A DNA stretch of 64,000 bases. Source: Eledone cirrhosa. Lineage: Eukaryota. The notes beneath the pieces were generated by a model, which saw only the letters and a list, made by a program, of their open reading frames with translations, was not told the DNA's origin and searched no databases. Position numbers and translations under genes: made by a program. The DNA lies in contig OZ024742.1 in the NCBI GenBank assembly GCA_964016885.1, positions 164,176,001 through 164,240,000 on the forward strand. Direction: 5' to 3'. Of the stretch, positions 1 through 10,500 are shown one piece after another (within the stretch, counting starts at the first letter, position 1; each line of letters begins with the position of its first letter).

Positions 1-87
1 TGGACGGCTGGAAATTATCTCCCCTTGGACGGCTAGAAATTACCTCTCCTTGGACGGCTGAAAATTATCTCCCCTTGGACGGCTGCA

Positions 88-360
88 AATTATCTCCCCT
101 TGATTTTTTAACAAATTATCTCCCCCTGATTTTTTTTTACAAATTATCTCCCCCTGATTTTTTTTTACAAATTATCTCCCCCTGATTTATTTTTACAAAT
201 TATCTACCCCTAATTTTTTTTTACAAATTATCTCCCCCTGATTTTTTTTACAAATTATCTCCCCCTGATTTTTTTTTTACAAATTATCTCCCCCTGATTT
301 TTTTACAAATTATCTCCCCCTGATTTTTTTTACAAATTATCTCCGCCTGATTTTTTTAAA
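88..360 (+). repeat. Representative run of monomer B (26-29 bp; AAATTATCTCCCCCTGA-Tn-AC, n mostly 7-10)
   Basis: About ten consecutive units differing mainly in poly-T length. Confidence 0.97.
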
Positions 361-611
361 TATTATCTTCTCTTGGCTGGCGGGAAATTATCTCCCCTTG
401 GACGGCTGAAAATTATCTCCCCTTGGACGGCTGGAAATTATCTCCCCTTGATTTTTTTTACAAATTATCTCCCCCTGATTTTTTTTTACAAATTATCTCC
501 CCCTGATTTTTTTTTACAAATTATCTCCCCCTGATTTTTTTTTACAAATTATCTCCCCCTGATTTTTTTTACAAATTATCTCCCCCTGATTTTTTTACAA
601 ATTATCTCCCC

Positions 612-810
612 TTGGCTGGCTGGAAATTATCTCCCCTTGGAGGCTGGAATTTATCTCCCCTTGGACGGCTAGAAATTACCTCTCCTTGGACGGCTGGAAA
701 ATATGTCCTTGGACGGCTGGATATTATCTACCCTTGGACGGCTGGAAATTATCTCCCCTTGGACGGCTAGATATTACCTCCCCTTGGACGGCTGGAAATT
801 ATCTCCCCTT
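612..810 (+). repeat. Cassette type 1 (long A block): TTGGCTGGCTGG > TTGGAGGCTGGAATTT (24-bp unit) > GGCTAGAAATTACCTC > GGAAAATATGTC(TC)C > GGATATTATCTACCC > ... > GGCTAGATATTACC; about 70-80 copies in the window
   Basis: The same ordered series of variants recurs at e.g. 1347, 1731, 2112, 2525, 3566, 5182 ... 62195, 63495 (appears as the repeated MAGWKLSPLGGWNLSPLGRLEITSPW ORFs). Confidence 0.92.
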
Positions 811-2585
811 GATTTTTTTTACAAATTATCTCCCCCTGATTTTTTTTTACAAATTATCTCCCCCTGATTTTTTTTTACAAATTATCTCCGCCTGATTTTT
901 TTTTACAAATTATCTCCCCCTAATTTTTTTTACAAATTATCTCTCCCTGATCTTTTTTTACAAATTATCTCCCCCTGATTTTTTTTTACCAATTATCTAC
1001 CCCTGATTTTTTTTTACAAATTATCTCCCCCTTATTTTTTTTACAAATTATCTCCCCCTGATTTTTTTTACAAATTATCTCCCCCTGATTTTTTTACAAA
1101 TTATCTCCCCCCGATTTTTTTTACAAATTATCTCCGCCTAATTTTTTAAATATTATCTATCCTTGGCTGGCGGGAAATTATCTCCCCTTGGACGGCTGAA
1201 AATTTTCTCCCCTTGGACGGCTGGAAATTATCTCCCCTTGATTTTTTTACAAATTATCTCCCCCTGATTATTTTTTACAAATTATCTCCCCCTGATTTTT
1301 TTTTACAAATTATCTCCCTCTGATTTTTTTTACAAATTATCTCCCCTTGGCTGGCTGGAAATTATCTCCCCTTGGAGGCTGGAATTTATCTCCCCTTGGA
1401 CGGTTAGAAATTACCTCTCCTTGGACTGCTGGAAAATATGTCTCCTTGGACGGCTGGAAATTATCTCCCCTTGGACGGCTGGAAATTATCTCCCCTTGGA
1501 CGGCTGGAAATTATCTCTCCTCGGACGACTAGAAATTACCTCTCCTTGGACAGCTGAAAATTATCTCCCCTTGGACGGCTGGAAATTATCTCCCCTTGAT
1601 TTTTTTTACAAATTATCTCCCCCTGATTTAGTTTACAAATTATCTCCCCCTGATTTTTTTTTACAAATTATCTCCCCCTGATTTTTTTTACAAATTATCT
1701 CCTCCTGATTTTTTTACAAATTATCTCCCCTTGGCTGGCTGGAAATTATCTCCCCTTGGAGGCTGGAATTTATCTCCCCTTGGACGGCTAGAAATTACCT
1801 CTCCTTGGAAGGCTGGAAAATATGTCCTTGGACGGCTGGATATTATCTACCCTTGGACGGCTGGAAATTATCTCCCCTTGGACGGCTGGAAATTATCTCC
1901 CCTTGGACGGCTAGATATTACCTCCCCTTGGAACGCTGAAAATTATCTCCCCTTGGACGGCTGGAAATTATCTCCCCTTGATTTTTTTTACAAATTATCT
2001 CCCCCTGATTATTTTTTACAAATTATCCCCTGATTTTTTTTTTACAAATTATCTCCCCCTGATTTTTTTTACAAATTATCTCCCCCTGATTTTTTTACAA
2101 ATTATCTCCCCTTGGCTGGCTGGAAATTATCTCCCATTGGAGGCTGGAATTTATCTCCCCTTGGACGGTTAGAAATTACCTCCCCTTGGACGGCTGGAAA
2201 ATATGTCTCCTTGGACGGCTGGAAATTATCGCGCCTTGGACGGCTGGAAATTATCTCCCCTTGGACGGCTGGAAATTATCTCTCATCGGACGGCTAGAAA
2301 TTACCTCTCCTTGGACAGCTGAAAATTATCTCCCCTTGGACGGCTGGAAATTATCTCCCCTTGATTTTTTTTACAAATTATCTCCCCCTGATTTTTTTTT
2401 ACAAATTATCTCCCCCTGATTTTTTTTTACAAATTATCTCCCCCTGATTTTTTTTTACAAATTATCTCCCCCTGATATTTTTTACAAATTATCTCCCCCT
2501 GATTTTTTTACAAATTATCTCCCCTTGGCTGGCTGGAAATTATCTCCCCTTGGAGGCTGGAATTTATCTCCCCTTGGACGGCTAG

Positions 2586-2750
2586 AAATTACCTCGCCTT
2601 GGACGGCTGGAAAATATGTCTCCTTCGACGGCTGGAAATTATCTCCCCTTGGACGGCTGGAAATTATCTCCCCTTGGACAGCTGGAAATTATCTCCCCTT
2701 GGACGGCTAGATATTACCTCCCCTTGGACGGCTGGAAATTATCTCCCCTT
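2586..2750 (+). repeat. Representative run of monomer A (25 bp; consensus AAATTATCTCCCCTTGGACGGCTGG)
   Basis: Consecutive 25-bp units ...ggctgg-aaattatctccccttggacggctgg... with single-base variants; the same unit makes up about half of the window. Confidence 0.97.
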
Positions 2751-2849
2751 GATTTTTTTCACAAATTATCTCCCCCTGATTTTTTTTTACAAATTATCTC
2801 CCCCTGATTTTTTTTTACGAATTATCTCCCCCCGATTTTTTTTTACAAA

Positions 2850-3030
2850 TTATCTCCGCCTGATTTTTTTTTAAAAATTATCTCCCCTTGAACGGCTGGA
2901 AATTATCTCCCCTTGGACGGCTGGAAATTATCTCCCCTTGGACGGCTAGAAATTACCTCTCCTTGGACGGCTGAAAATTATCTCCCCTTGGACGGCTGCA
3001 AATTATCTCCCCTTGATTTTTTAACAAATT
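2850..3030 (+). repeat. Cassette type 3: CCGCC-B unit ending TnAAAA > TTGAACGG > A > GGCTAG/ACCTCT > GGCTGAAA > GGCTGCAAA > TTGATnAAC
   Basis: Recurs in the same order near 3900, 6110, 10970, 12215, 18735, 19985, 26780, 30800, 34690, 37170, 41190, 54065, 62560, 63830. Confidence 0.88.
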
Positions 3031-4254
3031 ATCTCCCCCTGATTTTTTTTTACAAATTATCTCCCCCTGATTTTTTTTTACAAATTATCTCCCCCTGATT
3101 TTTTTTTACAAATTATCTCCCCCTGATTTTTTTTACAATCTCCGCCTGATTTTTTAAAAAATTATCTTCCCTTGGCTGGCGGGAAATTATCTCCCCTTGG
3201 ACGGCTGGAAATTATCTCCCCTTGATTTTTTTACAAATTATCTCCCCCTGATTTTTTTTACAAATTATCTCCCCCTGATTTTATGTTACAAATTATCTCC
3301 CCCTGATTTTTTTACAAATTATCTCCCCCTGATTTTTTTTACAAATTATCTCCGCCTGATTTTTTTAAATATTATCTTCCCTTGGCTGGCGGGAAATTAT
3401 CTCCCCTTGGACGGCTGGAAATTATCTCCCCTTGATTTTTTTTACAAATTATCTCCCCCTGATTTTTTTTTACAAATTATCTCCCCCTGATTTTTTTTTA
3501 CAAATTATCTCCCCCTGATTTTTTTTTACAAATCTCCCCCTGATTTTTTTATAAATTATCTCCCCTTGGCTGGCTGGAAATTATCTCCCCTTGGAGGCTG
3601 GAATTTATCTCCCCTTGGACGGCTAGAAATTACCTCTCCTTGGATGGCTGGAAAATATGTCTCCTTGGACGGCTGGATATTATCTACCCTTGGACGGCTG
3701 GAAATTATCTCCCCTTGGACGGCTGGAAATTATCTCCCCTTGGACGGCTAGATATTACCTCCCATTGGACGGCTGGAAATTATCTCCCCTTGATTTTTTT
3801 TACAAATTATCTCCCCCTGATTTTTTTTTACGAATTATCTCCCCCTGATTTTTTTTTACAAATTATCTCCGCCTGATTTTTTTTTTAAAATTATCTCCCC
3901 TTGAACGGCTGGAAATTATCTCCCCTTGGACGGCTGGAAATTATCTCCCCTTGGACGGCTAGAAATTACCTCTCCTTGGACTGCTGAAAATTATCTCCCC
4001 TTGGACGGCTGCAAATTATCTCCCCTTGATTTTTTTAACAAATTATCTCCCCCTGATTTTTTTTTACAAATTATCTCCCCCTGATTTTTTTTTACAAATT
4101 ATCTACGCCTAATTTTTTTTACAAATTATCTCCCCCTGATTTTTTTTTACAAATTATCTCCCCCTGATTTTTTTTACAAATTATCTCCCCCTGATTTTTT
4201 TTACAAATTATCTCCCCCTGATTTTTTTACAAATTATCTCCCCCCTGATTTTTT

Positions 4255-4520
4255 TTACAATCTCCGCCTGATTTTTTTAAAAATTATCTTCCCTTGGCTG
4301 GCGGGAAATTATCTCCCCTTGGACGGCTGGAAATTATATCCCCTTGGAAGGATGGAAATTATCTCCCCTTGGACGGCTGGAAATTATCTCCCCTTGGACG
4401 GCTGGAAATTACCTCCCCTTGGACAGCTGGAAATTATCTGCCCTTGATTTTGTTTTTACAAATTATCTCCCCCTGATTTTTTTTACAAATTATCTCCACC
4501 TGATTTTTTAAAAAATTATC
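4255..4520 (+). repeat. Cassette type 4: ACAATCTCCGCC > TCTTCCCTTGGCTGGCGGG > ATATCCCC > GGAAGGATGG > ... > GGACAGCTGG > TCTGCCC-TTGATTTTGTTTTTAC > CCACC; tandemly duplicated here with a 468-bp offset
   Basis: Near-identical 60-aa ORFs at 4294 and 4762 (offset 468), again at 38632/39100; further copies at 8485, 11227, 12610, 18996, 20379, 35081, 43843, 47574, 50120, 51555, 55730. Confidence 0.88.
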
Positions 4521-7500
4521 TCCCCTTGGACGGCTGGAAATTATCTCCCCTTGGACGGCTGGAAATTATCTCCCCTTGATTTTTTTTACAAATTATCTCC
4601 CCCTGATTTTTTTTTACAAATTATCTCCCCCTGATTTTTTTTACAAATTATCTCCCCCTGATTTTTTTTTACAAATTATTTCCCCCTGATTTTTTTACAA
4701 ATTATCTCCCCCCTGATTTTTTTTACAATCTCCGCCTGATTTTTTTAAAAATTATCTTCCCTTGGCTGGCGGGAAATTATCTCCCCTTGGACGGCTGGAA
4801 ATTATATCCCCTTGGAAGGATGGAAATTATCTCCCCTTGGACGGCTGGAAATTATCTCCCCTTGGACGGCTGGAAATTATCTCCCCTTGGACAGCTGGAA
4901 ATTATCTGCCCTTGATTTTGTTTTTACAAATTATCTCCCCCTGATTTTTTTTACAAATTATCTCCACCTGATTTTTTAAAAAATTATCTCCCCTTGGACG
5001 GCTGGAAATTATCTCCCCTTGATTTTTTTTACAAATTATCTCCCCCTGATTTTTTTTTACAAATTATCTCCCCCTGATTTTTTTTACAAATTATCTCCCC
5101 CTGATTTTTTTTTACAAATTATCTCACCCTGATTTTTTTTACAAATTATCTCTCCCTGATTTTTTTACAAATTATCTCCCCTTGGCTGGCTGGAAATTAT
5201 CTCCCCTTGGAGGCTGGAATTTATCTCCCCTTGGACGGCTAGAAATTACCTCTCCTTGGACGGCTGGAAAATATGTCTCCTTGGACGGCTGGATATTATC
5301 TACCCTTGGACGGCTGGAAATTATCTCCCCTTGGACGGCTGGAAATTATCTCCTCTTGGACGGCTAGATATTACCTCCCCTTGGACGGCTGGAAATTATC
5401 TCCCCTTGATTTTTTTACAAATTATCTCCCCCTGATTTTTTTACAAATTATCTCCCCCTGATTTTTTTTACAAATTATCTCCGCCTAATTTTTTTAAATA
5501 TTATCTTCCCTTGGCTGGCGGGAAATTATCTCCCCTTGGACGGCTGAAAATTATCTCCCCTTGGACGGCTGGAAATTATCTCCCCTTGATTTTTTTTACA
5601 AATTATCTCCCCCTGATTTTTTTTTACAAATTATCTCCCCCTGATTTTTTTTTACAAATTATCTCCCCCTGATTTTTTTTTACAAATTATCTCCCCCTGA
5701 TATTTTTTACAAATTATCTCCCCCTGATTTTTTTACAAATTATCTCCCCTTGGCTGGCTGGAAATTATCTCCCCTTGGAGGCTGGAATTTATCTCCCCTT
5801 GGACGGCTAGAAATTACCTCGCCTTGGATGGCTGGAAAATATGTCTCCTTGGACGGCTGGAAATTATCTCCCCTTGGACGGCTGGAAATTATCTCCCCTT
5901 GGACAGCTGGAAATTATCTCCCCTTGGACGGCTAGATATTACCTCCCCTTGGACGGCTGGAAATTATCTCCCCTTGATTTTTTTTACAAATTATCTCCCC
6001 CTGATTTTTTTTTACAAATTATCTCCCCCTGATTTTTTTTTACGAATTATCTCCCCCCGATTTTTTTTTACAAATTATCTCCGCCTGATTTTTTTTTAAA
6101 AATTATCTCCCCTTGAACGGCTGGAAATTATCTCCCCTTGGACGGCTGGAAATTATCTCCCCTTGGACGGCTAGAAATTACCTCTCCTTGGACGGCTGAA
6201 AATTATCTCCCCTTGGACGGCTGCAAATTATCTCCCCTTGATTTTTTAACAAATTATCTCCCCCTGATTTTTTTTTACAAATTATCTCCCCCTGATTTTT
6301 TTTTACAAATTATCTCCCCCTGATTTTTTTTTACAAATTATCTCCCCCTGATTTTTTTACAAATTATCTCCCCCTGATTTTTTTTACAATCTCCGCCTGA
6401 TTTTTTAAAAAATTATCTTCCCTTGGCTGGCGGGAAATTATCTCCCCTTGGACGGCTGGAAATTATCTCCCCTTGGACGGCTGGAAATTATCTCCCCTTG
6501 GACAGCTGGAAATTATCTGCCCTTGATTTTGTTTTTACAAATTATCTCCCCCTGATTTTTTTTACAAATTATCTCCACCTGATTTTTTAAAAAATTATCT
6601 CCCCTTGGACGGCTGGAAATTATCTCCCCTTGATTTTTTTACAAATTATCTCCCCCTGATTTTTTTTACAAATGATCTCCCCCTGATTTTATGTTACAAA
6701 TTATCTCCCCCTGATTTTTTTACAAATTATCTCCCCCTGATTTTTTTTACAAATTATCTCCGCCTGATTTTTTTAAATATTATCTTCCCTTGGCTGGCGG
6801 GAAATTATCTCCCCTTGGACGGCTGGAAATTATCTCCCCTTGATTTTTTTTACAAATTATCTCCCCCTGATTTTTTTTTACAAATTATCTCCCCCTGATT
6901 TTTTTTTACAAATTATCTCCCCCTGATTTTTTTTTACAAATTATCTCCCCCTGATTTTTTTTTACAAATCTCCCCCTGATTTTTTTATAAATTATCTCCC
7001 CTTGGCTGGCTGGAAATTATCTCCCCTTGGAGGCTGGAATTTATCTCCCCTTGGACGGCTAGAAATTACCTCTCCTTGGATGGCTGGAAAATATGTCTCC
7101 TTGGACGGCTGGATATTATCTACCCTTGGACGGCTGGAAATTATCTCCCCTTGGACGGCTGGAAATTATCTCCCCTTGGACGGCTGGAAATTATCTGCCC
7201 TTGATTTTGTTTTTACAAATTATCTACCCCTGATTTTTTTTACAAATTATCTCCACCTGATTTTTTAAAAAATTATCTCCCCTTGGACGGCTGGAAATTA
7301 TCTCCCCTTGATTTTTTTACAAATTATCTCCCCCTGATTTTTTTTACAAATTATCTCCCCCTGATTTTTTTTTTACAAATTATCTCCCCCTGATTTTTTT
7401 ACAAATTATCTCCCCCTGATTTTTTTTACAAATTATCTCCGCCTGATTTTTTTAAATATTATCTTCCCTTGGCTGGCGGGAAATTATCTCCCCTTGGACG

Positions 7501-10500
7501 GCTGAAAATTATCTCCCCTTGGACGGCTGGAAATTATCTCCCCTTGATTTTTTTTACAAATTATCTCCCCCTGATTTTTTTTACAAATTATCTCCCCCTG
7601 ATTTTTTTTTACAAATTATCTCCCCCTGATTTTTTTTTACAAATTATCTGCCCCTGAGTTTTTTTACAAATTATCTCCCCCTGATTTTTTTACAAATTAT
7701 CTCCCCTTGGCTGGCTGGAAATTATCTCCCCTTGGAGGCTGGAATTTATCTCCCCTTGGACGGCTAGAAATTACCTCTCCTTGGAAGGCTGGAAAATATT
7801 TCTCCTTGGACGGCTGGATATTATCTACCCTTGGACGGGTGGAAATTATCTCCCCTTGGACGGCTGGAAATTATCTCCCCTTGGACAGCTAGATATTACC
7901 TCCCCTTGGACGGCTGGAAATTATCTCCCCTTGATTTCTTTTACAAATTATCTCCCCCTGATTTTTTTTACAAATTATCTCCACCTGATTTTTTTACAAA
8001 TTATCTCCCCCTGATTTTTTTTACAAATTATCTCCCCCTGATTTTTTTACAAATTATCTCCCCTTGGCTGGCTGGAAATTATCTCCCCTTGGAGGCTGGA
8101 ATTTATCTCCCCTTGGACGGCTGGAAATTATCTCCCCTTGATTTTTTTTACAAATTATCTACCCCTGATTTTTTTTACAAATTATCTCCCCCTGATTTTT
8201 TTTACAAATTATCTCCCCCTGATTTTTTTACAAATTATCTCCCCCTGATTTTTTTACAAATTATCTCCCCCTGATTTTTTTTTACAAATTATCTACGCCT
8301 AATTTTTTTTACAAATTATCTCCCCCTGATTTTTTTTTACAAATTATCTCCCCCTGATTTTTTTTACAAATTATCTCCCCCTGATTTTTTTTTACAAATT
8401 ATCTCCCCCTGATTTTTTTACAAATTATCTCCCCCCTGATTTTTATTGCAATCTCCGCCTGATTTTTTAAAAAATTATCTTACCTTGGCTGGCGGGAAAT
8501 TATCTTCCCTTGGACGGCTGGAAATTATATCCCCTTGGAAGGATGGAAATTATCTCCCCTTGGACGGCTGGAAATTATCTCCCCTTGGACGGCTGGAAAT
8601 TATCTCCCCTTGGACAGCTGGAAATTATCTGCCCTTGATTTTGTTTTTACAAATTATCTCCCCCTGATTTGTTTTACAAATTATCTCCACCTGATTTTTT
8701 AAAAAATTATCTCCCCTTGGACGGCTGGAAATTATCTCCCCTTGGCTGGAAATTATCTCCCCTTGGACGGCTAGAAATTATCTCTCTTTGGACGGCTGGA
8801 AATTATCTGCCTTTGATTTTTTTTACAAATTATCTCCCCCTGATTTTTTTTTACAAATTATCTCACACTGATTTTTTTTACAAATTATCTCCCTCTGATT
8901 TTTTTACAAATTATGTCCCCTTGGCTGGCTGGAAATTATCTCCCCTTGGAGGCTGGAATTTATCTCCCCTTGGACGGCTAGAAATTACCTCTCCTTGGAC
9001 GGCTGGAAAATATGTCTCCTTGGACGGCTGGATATTATCTACCCTTGGACGGCTGGAAATTATCTCCCCTTGGACGGCTGGAAATTATCTCCCCTTGGAC
9101 GCCTAGATATTACCTCCCCTTGGACGGCTGGAAATTATCTCCCCTTGATTTTTTTACAAATTATCTCCCCCTGATTTTTTTACAAATTATCTCCCCCTGA
9201 TTTTTTTTACAAATTATCTCCGCCTAATTTTTTTAAATATTATCTTCCCTTGGCTGGCGGGAAATTATCTCCCCTTGGACGGCTGAAAATTATCTCCCAT
9301 TGGACGGCTGGAAATTATCTCCCCTTGATTTTTTTTACAAATTATCTCCCCCTGATTTTTTTTTACAAATTATCTCCCCCTGATTTTTTTTACAAATTAT
9401 CTCCCCCTGATTTTTTTACAAATTATCTCCCCTTGGCTGGCTGGAAATTATCTCCCCTTGGAGGCTGGAATTTATCTCCCCTTGGACGGCTAGAAATTAC
9501 CTCTCCTTGGACGGCTGGAAAATATGTCCTTGGACGGCTGGATATTATCTACCCTTGGACGGCTGGAAATTATCTCCCCTTGGACGGCTGGAAATTATCT
9601 CCCCTTGGACGGCTAGATATTACCTCCCCTTGGACGGCTGGAAATTATCTCCCCTTGATTTTTTTTACAAATTATCTCCCCCTGATTTTTTTTTACAAAT
9701 TATCTCCCCCTGATTTTTTTTTACAAATTATCTACCCCTGATTTTTTTTTACAAATTATCTCCCCCTGATTTTTTTTACAAATTATCTCCCCCTGATTTT
9801 TTTTTACAAATTATCTCCCCCTGATTTTTTTTTACAAATTATCTACCCCTGATTTTTTTTACAAATTATCTCCCCCTGATTTTTTTTACAAATTATCTCC
9901 CCCTGATTTTGTTTACAAATTATCTCCCCCTGATTTTTTTACAAATTATCTCCCCCTGATTTTTTTTACAAATTATCTCCGCCTAATTTTTTTAAATATT
10001 ATCTTCCCTTGGCTGGCGGGAAATTATCTCCCCTTGGACGGCTGAAAATTATCTCTCCTTGGACGGCTGGAAATTATCTCCCCTTGATTTTTTTTACAAA
10101 TTATCTCCCCCTGATTATTTTTTACAAATTATCTCCCCCTGATTTTTTTTTACAAATTATCTCCCCCTGATTTTTTTTACAAATTATCTCCCCCTGATTT
10201 TTTTACAAATTATCTCCCCTTGGCTGGCTGGAAATTATCTCCCCTTGGAGGCTGGAATTTATCTCCCCTTGGACGGTTAGAAATTACCTCTCCTTGGACG
10301 GCTGGAAAATATGTCTCCTTGGACGGCTGGAAATTATCGCCCCTTGGACGGCTGGAAATTATCTCCCCTTGGACGGCTGGAAATTATCTCTCCTCGGACG
10401 GCTAGAAATTACCTCTCCTTGGACAGCTGAAAATTATCTCCCCTTGGACGGCTGGAAATTATCTCCCCTTGATTTTTTTTACAAATTATCTCCCCCTGAT

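Larger units (their letters stand above)
1700..7190 (+). repeat. Segment recurring at ~36.0-42.25 kb (offset 34.3 kb then 35.1 kb), with its own internal ~3.2-3.4-kb duplication
   Basis: 2112>36396 (34284), 3566>37904, 5182>39520 (34338), 5750>40826, 6138>41214 (35076); internal 2525>5750 (3225), 3566>7002 (3436). Confidence 0.82.

Noticed and set aside
88-360. Rho-independent terminators suggested by the T-tracts
   Set aside because: No GC-rich hairpin precedes the T runs; they are part of monomer B. (They would terminate Pol III, but no Pol III gene is evident.)
375-385. Chi-like motif GCTGGCGG (one mismatch from E. coli Chi GCTGGTGG) at B-to-A junctions
   Set aside because: I saw no exact Chi site, there is no evidence of a bacterial context, and it is explained as a variant of the A tail.
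4500-4520. TnAn palindromes (TTTTTTAAAAAA) as hairpins or cruciforms
   Set aside because: Short AT-only stems arising from a C>A change in TAC-AAA; too weak to call as structural elements.
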